Origin: Spirochaetia bacterium
Lineage (GTDB): Bacteria > Spirochaetota > Spirochaetia > DSM-16054 > Sediminispirochaetaceae
Direction of reading: 5' to 3'
DNA length: 64,000 bases
NCBI GenBank assembly: GCA_034520965.1
Contig: JAXHMY010000003.1
Coordinates: forward strand, 512,001-576,000
The translations under genes were made by a program, and so were the position numbers. Numbering within the stretch: the first letter of the stretch is position 1; every line of letters begins with the position of its first letter. The notes under the pieces were generated by a model, which saw only the letters and a list, made by a program, of their open reading frames with translations, was not told the DNA's origin and made no database searches. Below are positions 43,794-54,442 of the stretch, one piece after another.

Positions 43794-44969
43794 ATGTTGA
43801 TGGACCAGAGGATTACCGAGCTGATAGAAACCCTTCCCCAGATGTACAGTAAAGTAAAGGGTATGCGCGATACTCTGCTTACCAATTTGGTAATGCTGGG
43901 TGAAATTCCGGCCCCAACTTTCCGCGAACACAATCGTATGAGCTTTCTGGTAAACAGGTTTACCCAGTATCATATGCTGAACTGCTCAACCGACGAGGTT
44001 GGCAACGGATTGGGAATTATTCCGGGAAAGAACGGAGAACGTAATATTTTAATAGTAGCCCATTTAGACACCGTCTTTGACGAAACGGTGGACCACACCA
44101 TTTCGATTGAGCCAAACCGCGTACAAGGCCCCGCAGTAGGAGATAATGCTTTAGGGGTGGCGACCTTGGCGACAATCCCCGCATTGCTGGAGGAACTTGA
44201 TATACAATTAAACTCCAACCTGATACTAATGGGCTCGTCACGCAGCCTTGGCCATGGCAACATTGAAGGATTGCGCTTTTTTCTTGATAACACGGACATG
44301 CCCATTCACGACGGGGTCTGTATAGAAGGAGTTAAGCTTGGCCGACTCAGCCACACTTCTATCGGAATGGCCCGCTGTGAAATAAGCTATCGCCTGCCGG
44401 AAGAGTACGACTGGACGCGCTTTGGGGCTGTGGGTTCAATTGTTACAATCAACGAACTTATTAACCGTATTCTTGAAATCCCCGTCCCTCGCCGGCCAAA
44501 AACCAGTATTGTCCTTGGTTCTATCTCCGGAGGCCGCAGTTTCAACACAATTGCCAGTGATGCAGTCTTGAGGTTTGAAATTCGGAGTGAATCTAATCAG
44601 ATGGTTCACACCCTGCGTCAGCAAATAGAGGATATCGCGGCCGAAGTGTCATCACACAACGGCTCAGAAGTCGAAATTCAAATCCTTGCCCAAAGGAACC
44701 CGGGGGGAATCTCATTTTCACATCCACTTGCTTCTAACGCACGAGCGATTATGAAATCCCTCGACATCAACCCGCGAATATCTCCAAGCACATCAGAGCT
44801 TTCTGCCTTTATCAACCACAAGATCCCCGCACTCACCCTGGGGCTCACGGATGGTGAGAGCATCAATAAGCCTGAGGAGAGTATTGAAATTGAACCCATT
44901 TATAACGGACTCACACAGCTGCTGGCGATGCTGGTAGCTATCGACAAGGGGTATTGCGATGAAGCTTAG
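43794..44969 (+). CDS. M20/M25/M40 metallopeptidase-fold protein with a degenerate active site
   Basis: EIPAPTF, AHLDTVF, GPAVGDN, SFNTI, FEIRS; lacks the EE motif and the C-terminal His. Confidence 0.8.
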   Translation: MLMDQRITELIETLPQMYSKVKGMRDTLLTNLVMLGEIPAPTFREHNRMSFLVNRFTQYHMLNCSTDEVGNGLGIIPGKNGERNILIVAHLDTVFDETVDHTISIEPNRVQGPAVGDNALGVATLATIPALLEELDIQLNSNLILMGSSRSLGHGNIEGLRFFLDNTDMPIHDGVCIEGVKLGRLSHTSIGMARCEISYRLPEEYDWTRFGAVGSIVTINELINRILEIPVPRRPKTSIVLGSISGGRSFNTIASDAVLRFEIRSESNQMVHTLRQQIEDIAAEVSSHNGSEVEIQILAQRNPGGISFSHPLASNARAIMKSLDINPRISPSTSELSAFINHKIPALTLGLTDGESINKPEESIEIEPIYNGLTQLLAMLVAIDKGYCDEA

Positions 44970-45972
44970 CACCTGGCTTAAAAGAAACACCTATCACCAT
45001 TCAGCGTTTGCAGAGCTGGAAGATTTAGTCGCTCAGAAACAGAAGCAGGGCCTCAGCATCTCGCTCTGTATTCCCACGCTCAACGAAGAGGCAACTATCG
45101 GCAAGGAGATTATACTCTTTAGGTCTGAGCTAATGAGCCGATATCCTCTGCTAGATGAGATTGCAGTTATAGACTCCGGTTCTACAGACGACACTGTGGA
45201 AGTTGCCCGCTCCTTTGGCGCAGATGTATACTTGGCAGATGATATACTGCCCGACCTCGACAGCAAAAAAGGAAAAGGCGAGAATCTGTGGAAGGCAATT
45301 TATCAACTCAAAGGCGATATAATAGTCTATATTGATGCGGATATAAAAAATATCCATCCCCGGTTTGCGTACGGATTAATTGCACCGCTGATATACCGTA
45401 AAGAGATACAATATGTAAAAGCATTTTATGATCGCCCCCTGGCTTTTTCGCAAGGAATTCGTCCCTCCGGTGGTGGGAGAGTAACGGAAATTCTTATACG
45501 TCCGCTATTCAGCCTCTTTTTTCCGGACCTCACCGGCTTGATTCAGCCCCTTTCCGGGGAATATGCTGTCCGCCGTGAGGTACTGGAGCAAATTCCCTTT
45601 CCTATTGGCTACGGAGTAGAGACATCTCACATTATCGATGTGTATCAGAAATGGGGGCTTACAGCATTTGCCCAAACTGATCTGGACCAGCGGGTCCACC
45701 GCAATCAAGACACCCGCAGCCTAGGAAAGATGGCCTTTGGTATTTTACAGACTTTCTTTTCGCGGCTGCAAGCCTTGGATATCATTCATGACAAGCTTGA
45801 ACTGAGCCATATTCTGCGGCAGTTTCAAGCCCATGATGAAGAATTTGAAGCTCTTGAGCTAGAGATTCTTGAAGAAGAACGTCCGCCCATGATTACCGTT
45901 GATGAATATCGCGCGAAAAGAGGTATTCCACCGAATTCGGAAAAAACTAATAAGGAGACAAAGAAAAAATGA
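44959..45972 (+). CDS. gpgS: Glucosyl-3-phosphoglycerate synthase
   Basis: PTLNEE, DSGSTD, GKGENLW, DAD, VKAFYDRP, GGGRVTE, QPLSGEYA, GYGVE, HRNQ. Confidence 0.9.
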   Translation: MKLSTWLKRNTYHHSAFAELEDLVAQKQKQGLSISLCIPTLNEEATIGKEIILFRSELMSRYPLLDEIAVIDSGSTDDTVEVARSFGADVYLADDILPDLDSKKGKGENLWKAIYQLKGDIIVYIDADIKNIHPRFAYGLIAPLIYRKEIQYVKAFYDRPLAFSQGIRPSGGGRVTEILIRPLFSLFFPDLTGLIQPLSGEYAVRREVLEQIPFPIGYGVETSHIIDVYQKWGLTAFAQTDLDQRVHRNQDTRSLGKMAFGILQTFFSRLQALDIIHDKLELSHILRQFQAHDEEFEALELEILEEERPPMITVDEYRAKRGIPPNSEKTNKETKKK

Positions 45973-46367
45973 TACGTTTGGTCATTCACATCATCCTTCT
46001 GGCCATTGTTGTTGCATTTGTTGCCCTGAATGTAGGGTATACTACCAGTATAAACTTGTTTGGATATATGTTCTCAAACATTTCTACGGTAGCAGTAACA
46101 CTGGTTGCGTTTATTGTTGGGATCATCTACTCGTTCTTCTACTACGTGCTTAGTTATTTTAATAAATCCGGCAAGCAGAGGGTCCGAGAACGCTCGAAGA
46201 AAGCCAAAGATAAAGAGAAAGCCCTGAAGGAAAAGGAAGAGGAGCTAAAGGACAGCGCCTCCTCTAAAAAAGAGATCGCCTCTCCTGCAGCTGAATCTGC
46301 ATCGCAGGAGACCGTAGTTTCTGCAGAAAAGCCAAAGAAAAAGTCTCGCCGCTTCGGAAAAAAATAG
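45969..46367 (+). CDS. Small two-TM membrane protein (LapA/DUF1049-like) with a basic tail
   Basis: FVALN...INLFG topology, two TMs, K/E-rich C-terminus; 4-bp overlap with gpgS. Confidence 0.65.
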   Translation: MIRLVIHIILLAIVVAFVALNVGYTTSINLFGYMFSNISTVAVTLVAFIVGIIYSFFYYVLSYFNKSGKQRVRERSKKAKDKEKALKEKEEELKDSASSKKEIASPAAESASQETVVSAEKPKKKSRRFGKK

Positions 46368-46372
46368 ATAGT

Positions 46373-46819
46373 ATGGCTGAACTTCTACAGAACAGTATAC
46401 TCTGGACAACCTTTCTGGCAGCTTTTATCGCTCAGGCGCTGAAAACCACCCAGGAAATAATTTTTCAACGTAAATTGAACCTCCACCGGGTATTTGAAAC
46501 CGGTGGAATGCCCTCGAGCCACTCGGCGGCGGTGGCATCTCTGGCTACCAGTATGGGATTGGTGCATGGCTGGAACAGCTCCGAGTTTACCATTTCCATC
46601 GTACTGGCTGTGGTAGTTATTTACGATGCCACCGGCATCCGCCGTGCAGCAGGCAAGCATGCGGAGATACTGAACGACCTATTGGAGGAGTTCAATTATC
46701 TCCTGCACGAGGGATTCGAACGTCAGCACCTGAAAACACTGCTTGGACATACCTATCCCCAAGCAGTAGCTGGTATTTTAATTGGTATAATTATCTCTTT
46801 AGTTTTTTATTACAACTAA
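46373..46819 (+). CDS. Divergent PAP2 family protein (DUF212)
   Basis: AQALK, GGMPSSHSA, YDATGIRRAAG, LGHT. Confidence 0.9.
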   Translation: MAELLQNSILWTTFLAAFIAQALKTTQEIIFQRKLNLHRVFETGGMPSSHSAAVASLATSMGLVHGWNSSEFTISIVLAVVVIYDATGIRRAAGKHAEILNDLLEEFNYLLHEGFERQHLKTLLGHTYPQAVAGILIGIIISLVFYYN

Positions 46820-46881
46820 AAATATGAGGGCCGCACGTACTGCACTACCTGAGGTTTACTCAGCAGTGCAGTTTCTAGGGC

Positions 46882-47709
46882 CTACTCTTTTACCGAACCG
46901 GCCAGCAGCCCGCGGATAAAGTACCTTCCAAAGAAAATGTAAATCAGCAGCACCGGAAAGCCCGCTAAAAAGGATCCGGCCATCGGCAGGTTCCAGTTGA
47001 CCGCCTGCCCTCCGGCCAGCTGGGCAAGGCCAACCGTAACCGGCTGGGAAGACTGTTTCGTTAAGGTTACACCCCACAAAAACTCGTTCCATATTTGGGT
47101 AAACTGCCATATTCCAACCACCACAAAGCCCGGCACCGACAGAGGCAGAAACAGGCGACCGTACAGGCCGAAAAAGCCTGCCCCATCCAGCCGAGCAGAT
47201 TCAACTAAAGAATCGGGAATTTGATCGTAAAAGTTGCGAAAAATAAGGGTGGTAATCGGTATCCCGTAGACGACATGCGCCAGGATTAATCCGTATAAAC
47301 TGCCGTATATACCGATAGCCCGCAGCAACTGAAACAGGGGAATGAGAATTATCTGGTACGGTATAAACATACCAAAGAGAAACAGAGTAAAAACTATTTC
47401 ACTCCCCCGAAAACGGTTTTTAGAAAACACAAAGCCGTTGATAGATCCCACTAGAGCAGAGAGTACAGTGCCGCTAATAGTCAGGACAAGACTGTTCCGA
47501 AGACTCGGCAGCAGCATATTATAGGCTTCTACAAAACTTTGCCAATACGGGTAGGAGGGCAGATGCCACGCAGTGGCCAGTTTAATTTCCGCCGGATTCT
47601 TCAGGGCGGTAATAAGAGCCATATAGATAGGCACCAGGAATATAACCATCATCACAAGCACCATAATATACACTATCGGACTTACACGTCGTAAAGTATT
47701 TTGTGACAT
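46882..47709 (-). CDS. Carbohydrate ABC transporter permease
   Basis: [11 protein letters not shown] loop, WNEF, ends GSVKE. Confidence 0.92.
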   Translation of the reverse strand: MSQNTLRRVSPIVYIMVLVMMVIFLVPIYMALITALKNPAEIKLATAWHLPSYPYWQSFVEAYNMLLPSLRNSLVLTISGTVLSALVGSINGFVFSKNRFRGSEIVFTLFLFGMFIPYQIILIPLFQLLRAIGIYGSLYGLILAHVVYGIPITTLIFRNFYDQIPDSLVESARLDGAGFFGLYGRLFLPLSVPGFVVVGIWQFTQIWNEFLWGVTLTKQSSQPVTVGLAQLAGGQAVNWNLPMAGSFLAGFPVLLIYIFFGRYFIRGLLAGSVKE

Positions 47710-47715
47710 AATCGG

Positions 47716-48828
47716 TTACCTCCGCGCCCGGTATGATTGAATCAAATAAGGGATAATAAACAGGGCGGCCATCAGGAACAGAATTACTGATATTGCGGCA
47801 CCGACTGCAAAGTTGTTGGCACGAAAGGTAATCAGATACATCAGCACCGAGGGGTGCCCGGTGCCGGCATTATCGGCTCCGGCCATTGAGAAAATGAGGG
47901 CGAACAACTTCAATGAAATGTGAGAGATAATAACGATGGCACTTAGGGTAATCGGCCACATATTCGGTATTGCAATCTTTAAATAATAAGTAATATCACC
48001 GGCCCCATCCATCTTTGCCGATTCGTACATAGCCACCGGCAGTCCACGGAGACCTGCCAGGTAGAGGGCCATAGTGTATCCGGAGTACTGCCATACTGCG
48101 GCAATTATAATGCCCACAGTCGCCAAGCTAAAGCCATGAAACTCGGCATGCGGCAGTATCGGCGGCAACAAATAGTGCAATACTGCTGCGTAAAACAGCA
48201 TGAGTCCCGAAAGCACGGCCCCCCAGATAGTCTGAGTTCTCCTGCCGTTCTTCCAACCCCCGTACAGCATAAAGGCAAAAATCACGAACAAAATTAACGC
48301 AATAATTTGAGGAACACTCTGCCAGTTAAAAAGGGCCACTTTCTCGCGGCTCGATAACCAGAGGAAGTCTCCGCGTTCCATCCCAAACCAGGTGGGGATT
48401 AGATTAACCCCCCCCTTCGGTGAAAAAATCCACCTCCAGATAGTACCCGTTACGACAAACGACAGAGCCATAGGAAAGAGGAATACCGTACGGAGGATAT
48501 TCTCGCCCTTCGGTCCCTTATCCAGCATTATTGCCAAAAACAGTCCCAAACCCAGGGTACCCGTAACTAGAAAGAGGGAATAGAATATTGCATTGATCAG
48601 ATCTTGGCGAAAACGCTCATGGATGGCTCCAGTGAAAAGCCGGCGGTAATTTTCAAAACCTATCAAGTTTTTCACCGGATTCTCCCGTAAGGCAGCCCCG
48701 GTTCCCCAGTCTGTGAGGGAGACGTAAAATGAGTTGCCAATAAAGCCGTACACAAAAATCAATAATAGAATTAGTGAAGGCAGCAATACTAGCATTGAAT
48801 ACACCGAATTTCTCTTTGAACCTACCAT
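47716..48828 (-). CDS. Carbohydrate ABC transporter permease
   Basis: SLTDW, PMALSFVVTG, WQYSG, ESAKMDGA. Confidence 0.92.
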   Translation of the reverse strand: MVGSKRNSVYSMLVLLPSLILLLIFVYGFIGNSFYVSLTDWGTGAALRENPVKNLIGFENYRRLFTGAIHERFRQDLINAIFYSLFLVTGTLGLGLFLAIMLDKGPKGENILRTVFLFPMALSFVVTGTIWRWIFSPKGGVNLIPTWFGMERGDFLWLSSREKVALFNWQSVPQIIALILFVIFAFMLYGGWKNGRRTQTIWGAVLSGLMLFYAAVLHYLLPPILPHAEFHGFSLATVGIIIAAVWQYSGYTMALYLAGLRGLPVAMYESAKMDGAGDITYYLKIAIPNMWPITLSAIVIISHISLKLFALIFSMAGADNAGTGHPSVLMYLITFRANNFAVGAAISVILFLMAALFIIPYLIQSYRARR

Positions 48829-48852
48829 ATTGTTCCCTTTATAACTTTAATA

Positions 48853-48888
48853 GGGAGCAGGTATTCCTTAACAGAACCCCTGCTCCCC
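48853..48888. terminator. Intercistronic stem-loop after the SBP gene
   Basis: gggagcagg...cctgctccc. Confidence 0.55.
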
Positions 48889-48909
48889 GAATTCAACTTT
48901 TGTAGATTC

Positions 48910-50238
48910 TTATCTACTTACAATTCCATTCTGTATCGCAATTGCCTGGGCTGCGTTGGCAGCTTGCTCAGGATTGCGGTTATTCAGGAACATTTCCATA
49001 ACAGTAGCAAAGTCATTCATAAAACCTTCATTTGCGGTTACCCCGTGAGCGAGGCTACCTACAATTCGGTTATCAGCAAAGTCTTTTGCTGCAGATTGTG
49101 AATAGTCGTTGTATTTGCTCAGGTCAGAGTCTGTACGGGAAGAAATAGAGCCCTTCAGAGGATTGAAAGTGTCCTGGCCTTCCAAGGAACCACAGGTTTT
49201 GAGCCATGCCAAGGCAGCGGCAGGGTTCTTGACACCCTTCGGAAAACCAAAGCTGTCGGCCAAGAACATAAAAGCCCCTTCGGTTCCCGGTGAAGCTGCC
49301 CAACTATAGTCGCTTCCAGGTTCAAGATTAAGGGTGGTGCTCATGTATCCTGCAGCCCAGTCGCCCATAATGTTAAACGCGGCATCGCCGCCAACGACCA
49401 GGTCGGTAGCCTGCTGCCAGCTTAAGGAAGAGAAATCGTCGTTGGTGTACTCTAGAACTTCATCCAGAGTCGCCCACACTTCAACTGCTTCTTCGCTGGT
49501 CCAGCTCAGTTCACCGTTCCACAGTCCATCGTATTTATCCGCACCAAGCACACCCAGGGCAACCGATTCCCACAGGTGGTTTACAGTCCAGTTAGTAGCC
49601 AACGAAAGAGGCACAACCCCTTCTGCTTCCAGGTCGTCTGCAATTTCCAGGAACTCATCCCAAGACTGCGGAACTTCTACTCCCCATTTGTCTAGGTTCT
49701 CCGGAATATACCACATGACGTTGGAACGGTGTATATTTACCGGCACCGACCAAATACCGTTTTCGGTACCGATCAGATTGATCAGGTCTTCAGGAATAAC
49801 ATCCATCCAGCCTTCGGATTCGAAGAGGGGAGTAAGATCCAGCATTCTCTCGGCTGCCACCCAAGTACCGATTAGCTCTTGTCCGGCATGAACCTGAAAA
49901 GAGTCGGGCGGGTCGCCACCAAGCATTCTGGTTTTCAGAACTGCCTTTGCATTTACACCGGAACCGCCGGTTACAGTAGCGTTGATTACTTCAACCTGGG
50001 GATAATTATCATTATACAGGTCGATCAGTGCATTAAGCGCGGGGGCTTCATCGCCTGCCCACCAGGAAAAAAGTTCCAAATCGCCGCTCGGTTTTCCGTA
50101 ATCCAATTTAACTTCCGGAACCTCTGCAGTCTCGGTTTCTTCCGCAGCAGCGGCGCCTTCCTGCTGTCCACCGGCCCATACGGACACCATCGGCAGTAAC
50201 AGCAGTAGTGTGATCATCAGGGTTAGTCCCTTTTTCAT
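48910..50238 (-). CDS. Carbohydrate ABC solute-binding protein (glucose/mannose GtsA-like)
   Basis: [38 protein letters not shown]; strong AAGGAGG RBS. Confidence 0.9.
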   Translation of the reverse strand: MKKGLTLMITLLLLLPMVSVWAGGQQEGAAAAEETETAEVPEVKLDYGKPSGDLELFSWWAGDEAPALNALIDLYNDNYPQVEVINATVTGGSGVNAKAVLKTRMLGGDPPDSFQVHAGQELIGTWVAAERMLDLTPLFESEGWMDVIPEDLINLIGTENGIWSVPVNIHRSNVMWYIPENLDKWGVEVPQSWDEFLEIADDLEAEGVVPLSLATNWTVNHLWESVALGVLGADKYDGLWNGELSWTSEEAVEVWATLDEVLEYTNDDFSSLSWQQATDLVVGGDAAFNIMGDWAAGYMSTTLNLEPGSDYSWAASPGTEGAFMFLADSFGFPKGVKNPAAALAWLKTCGSLEGQDTFNPLKGSISSRTDSDLSKYNDYSQSAAKDFADNRIVGSLAHGVTANEGFMNDFATVMEMFLNNRNPEQAANAAQAIAIQNGIVSR

Positions 50239-50394
50239 TGTTCAACCTCCTTAATAGGTTTTAAATTCTAATGAATTTTACCATTGCGGAGTATAGCCGT
50301 CTGCAGGATTGTTTTTCACATTTCTTACTTATTTACACAACACGACTCAATCTGCAGTTTAGTCTGGACATATTTTATATGAGAATAATCCAGA

Positions 50395-51921
50395 TCAATC
50401 AAACTCGGTTGGAGAACAGCCCACTAGCCTCTTGAACAGCCGCGAAAAGTAATTTGGATCCTGGTACCCGACCATTGAGCTAATCTCTTTGATCGAATGG
50501 CTATGCTCCTTCAGCAGTCTTTTCGCCCTTTCCATTCTCATTTGAGTAAGCTGATCGACAAAGCTTTTTCGCAGGTAACGGGAGAAGAGATTACTCAGGT
50601 AAGCAGAACTCACTTCCACCTCATCAGCCACATCCGACAGTTGAAGCGAGTGGGCGTAGTTCAACTTGATATAGTCGAGGGCTCTTGACAGCACTTTGGG
50701 GAGATTTTCAGCCTGAACAGTTTTGATTTTATCAGCCAGTGCTTTAGCCCATCCGGAATAAAAGGCTAACAGATTCTCAGCCGAATCTTCTTCTTCCCAC
50801 TTATGCCCTGTGCGCATAAGATGAAATCCGGTGACCACAGAATTGGCATGCTCAACATACAGCAATAGATCACACAGCACGGCCTCTGCCCTGTCGATAG
50901 TGTCAGTAGAAGCAAGTACTGTTGCAAATATCCGTTTTTGCAGCCCCTCATCCAGATTCTGCAGCGCAACCTCAAGTTCCCGCCGCCACTGCTCCGAGTA
51001 GGATATCAACTGCTCAGAATCGAAAGGCTCCATGTGGTGCCTCATTTTTTGATGCGCATCTAAATAGGAGACATTAATATTCTCAAACTCCACCGACTTT
51101 CCAGTCACAAAATGCCACTGGGTGCTGCTGTTTTTTTCCGGATCGACAACGGCGGCGAGGTTCTCCACACCGGGAACCGAGTTCACCTCAGATATGTCCG
51201 GAAAAAAGAACAGTACTTCCTGCTCAAACGGTGCGGCTAGGCATGGAAATTTGAACTTTAATCTACTTATCACCTCACGGCCGAGGCTGATAAGATCCCT
51301 CGATAGACTCTCAGACGCCGCCGCCGGTAGCGCCCCTTTCGAGGCCTTCGATCTTTGCCCTTGCCACTCCAGAATTCCCACGCAGCCCCTGGATGTATTG
51401 AACGCAAGCGAAGATTTGAGATAGGGGATAAAGGCGTTTACTTCGCTATTCAGTTTTACCGCAACAAACAGCAGGGTTTCGATGGAACTGCTGAGGGTGT
51501 GGTACAGTTCTATATGCTTTAGACTCTCTCCGCGACCATCCAAACGCTGGCCCAGCGACTCAACCGCCGCATCCACCGCATCAATCAGCTTTTCTCTTGA
51601 AAAGGGTTTTAGAATATAGTCCTGTACTCCCAGCTCAAAGGCTGTCTGTGCAATATCAAACCGTTCGTAGGCGGTAATGAGAATCGGCAGTACATTCGGA
51701 CTTCTTCGCTTTATCTCACGCAAGGCATCAAGCCCATCAATACCCGGCATTTTCACATCAATCAGGATAATATCCGGTTTTGTTGCTTCGGCTATTTCGA
51801 TAGCCTCGCGGCCCGACATTCCGGTACCGGCTATTTCAAGTTCGGGTCGATACTTTTGCAGCATAAAGCTGATGCTCTCGATTACCGGCTGCTCATCGTC
51901 GACTATCAGTACACTATACAT
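50395..51921 (-). CDS. YesN-type response regulator (REC + AraC HTH)
   Basis: VDDE, DVKMPG, YILKP, C-terminal VGYQDPNYFSRLFK. Confidence 0.92.
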   Translation of the reverse strand: MYSVLIVDDEQPVIESISFMLQKYRPELEIAGTGMSGREAIEIAEATKPDIILIDVKMPGIDGLDALREIKRRSPNVLPILITAYERFDIAQTAFELGVQDYILKPFSREKLIDAVDAAVESLGQRLDGRGESLKHIELYHTLSSSIETLLFVAVKLNSEVNAFIPYLKSSLAFNTSRGCVGILEWQGQRSKASKGALPAAASESLSRDLISLGREVISRLKFKFPCLAAPFEQEVLFFFPDISEVNSVPGVENLAAVVDPEKNSSTQWHFVTGKSVEFENINVSYLDAHQKMRHHMEPFDSEQLISYSEQWRRELEVALQNLDEGLQKRIFATVLASTDTIDRAEAVLCDLLLYVEHANSVVTGFHLMRTGHKWEEEDSAENLLAFYSGWAKALADKIKTVQAENLPKVLSRALDYIKLNYAHSLQLSDVADEVEVSSAYLSNLFSRYLRKSFVDQLTQMRMERAKRLLKEHSHSIKEISSMVGYQDPNYFSRLFKRLVGCSPTEFD

Positions 51922-53395
51922 ACTCCGCCTCTTCTTCCGGCAGCTCTATCCGAATTTCCGAGCCCCCTCCGGGGCTGCTCTCAATTGTGACTATGTCTTC
52001 CCGGTTAAAGAAAAGACGAAGTCTTAACACTACATTTCGCATTCCTAAACCGCTACGGGAGGAGAAATCCTCGTCGGAGAAGGAAATCGGCTTTAAGGCC
52101 GGTGCAATTTCGTCCTGGGACATACCGCTTCCATTATCCTTCACACTAAACACAATTTTACCGTTTTCCTTACCACCGGTCACACTTACCTGCCCTCCCC
52201 CCTCTTTATGTTCAAAGCCGTGGATAATTGAGTTTTCTACCAGGGGCTGAAAAATGAGGGGCGGGAACCGAATCTGCCGGAGCTCCTCGGGAATGCTAAT
52301 TTCAATCCGATAGGTAGCTGCAAATCGAACCTTCAGCAAATCTGCATAATAGTGCAAACCCTTTAGTTCATCATCAATGGTGTTACTGCGCCAGAGACGG
52401 CGGACATTGTGGCGGAACAGGGACGCCAGATTCCCCATAAACTCGGCAGTCCGATCGGCCTCTTCCAGAATCGCCAACTGCACACCGGTATTCAGTGAGT
52501 TAAAGAGAAAATGAGGATTCATTTGTGAGCGGAGCGAAGCCATCTCTGCATTTTTTAACAGATGCTGCATTTCTAAATTCTTTACCTTTTGGGCAGCCAG
52601 GTTTTTCTCTATCTGCGCCTTCTCCTGCATCTGTGCCACATAACGGCGAATGCTGTTTTTCATCTCGTTAAACGCACGGGCAGTTATCCCTATCTCATCA
52701 TTTGTATTCACCTGCACATCTTCAACCTCAAAATTGCCGCGGCTGATCTCCTCGGCAAGATGGGCCAAACGCACCACCGGTCGAGTAAGGCTGTCGGTGA
52801 ACAGCATAATCAGCAGCACTGTGAGCAGAACGGCAGTTACTACCAGATAAAAGTTAAACAACTGCACCTGTTTATAACTTTCCGACAAAAAACGGTACGC
52901 ATCTGTACGGCGGTTCAGATTCTCAATCAAAACCTTATCAATGTATGAATTGATATAAGATGCGGTTAGTTCAGCCGACTTATAGGCCTCTGTATATCCC
53001 ATGATGTCCCGAACTGTTTTAGCTTCGATAACCCCGTTCAACTGAATGGTATATTTATCAATTAGAGAACCAATGTTCTTTACCATCAACTGTTCCTGAC
53101 TCTGGTAAGGTGTATTTCGACCGACAACTAAAGCTTGCAGGTTCTCAGTAGTGCGCTGCACCTGTTTCCGATTTTCTTCGTGTTGTAGGAGCAGGTAATT
53201 ATCTAGGGCTTGCTTGGTTTCGCTTAGCTGTCCCCTGATATTGCGCATGAGCACCTCTGTCCGGGTAAGTTGATCTACCCGCCCTCCTAAACGGAGCGAG
53301 GCAAACAGGCTGTACACACTGGTAAGGGCGGTAATGAGCATTATCAAAATAAAAAAAAGCAGCAGGCGATTTCTTATAGTACGTTTCGGTCTCAC
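51914..53395 (-). CDS. YesM/LytS-type sensor histidine kinase
   Basis: Two TMs, HAMP, SQMNPHFLFN, QPLVENSIIHG, DNGSG, GLGMRNV. Confidence 0.92.
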   Translation of the reverse strand: MRPKRTIRNRLLLFFILIMLITALTSVYSLFASLRLGGRVDQLTRTEVLMRNIRGQLSETKQALDNYLLLQHEENRKQVQRTTENLQALVVGRNTPYQSQEQLMVKNIGSLIDKYTIQLNGVIEAKTVRDIMGYTEAYKSAELTASYINSYIDKVLIENLNRRTDAYRFLSESYKQVQLFNFYLVVTAVLLTVLLIMLFTDSLTRPVVRLAHLAEEISRGNFEVEDVQVNTNDEIGITARAFNEMKNSIRRYVAQMQEKAQIEKNLAAQKVKNLEMQHLLKNAEMASLRSQMNPHFLFNSLNTGVQLAILEEADRTAEFMGNLASLFRHNVRRLWRSNTIDDELKGLHYYADLLKVRFAATYRIEISIPEELRQIRFPPLIFQPLVENSIIHGFEHKEGGGQVSVTGGKENGKIVFSVKDNGSGMSQDEIAPALKPISFSDEDFSSRSGLGMRNVVLRLRLFFNREDIVTIESSPGGGSEIRIELPEEEAEYV

Positions 53396-54377
53396 TGAGT
53401 ATCCCCCGTGAGCACCCGGCTGGGAATATATATAAACGAGGGCACGTATTGGTTACTGTTAAGCCCAAGCAGGGCCTGCAAGCCCCGTTCTCCAATCGCT
53501 TTTGGATCCCGCACCAAGGTTCCATAAATATAGCCGGCCTCTAAACCGCGGGCTATCTCCTGATTATACCCGTAGCCGATAAGTTTAATTTCATCCTCTT
53601 TCCCAAACTCCGCAACTACATTGGCAGCTGAAATGGTATCGACCAAACTGGTACAAAAAATTACGTTTACCTCAGGGTTTAGATAGAGTATTTGACGGCT
53701 CTTTTCTTCTGAACTGAGTACTCCTATTTTGCGTTTTTCGCTCGGTAACTATCTCGTGGGAGTTTCCGCTGGACAGGCTCGTAAGAATTTCCGTATTGGA
53801 TGATACTCCACTGGGAGGCACGCTCGGAAAAGTATTCGTTTTTTAACAATGCCGCTTTTGCTCCCTCCGGCTGGGCAGCCTGCATCAGACGTCCGATTTC
53901 CTGACCCAGCTTAAAACTATTTGACCCCACAAAGCCCGATCGCCGGCTCATTGGAGCATCCGACTCAAGCGTAACCACCGGTATACCGGAGACTACTGTG
54001 CGGTTAATTGCGGGCTTTAACTCCTGTTCATTGGTTACATACAGGGCTACCCCGTCAACCTGGGACAATCGGGCTATCTCCATCAGCTCCAGGGTGCCGC
54101 TGCGCAGCTCCAGGATATTACGGGGCACCTGCAGCTCGACACCAACGTTCATCTCCGCCGCCGCCTCCTGAATCCCTTCCCACATTTTCTGAAAAAACTC
54201 GTCCTCGATTGTAGGAAGGATCACCATAAAGTGGTACCGCGCCGGTTCCGACTGAGAAAGATACGATCTGCCTCGTCGGGCATCCTGGAGAATAAGCCGC
54301 ACCGACTGAAAGGCGCTGAATAGAAATACAATAGCAAGCAGTACGATTACGCTTTTCACAAATATTTTACGAATCAC
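53392..54377 (-). pseudogene. Membrane-anchored periplasmic sugar-binding sensor protein (XylFII-like), frameshifted
   Basis: N-terminal TM, FFQKMWEG, VDGV, GIPVVTLESD, FVGSNSF, RDPKAIG; start approximate. Confidence 0.75.
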
Positions 54378-54442
54378 GGGTATATTATACACACAAGAAC
54401 CACCCACTTGAAAGGAGTACTGCAGTGAATTATGCTAAATGA

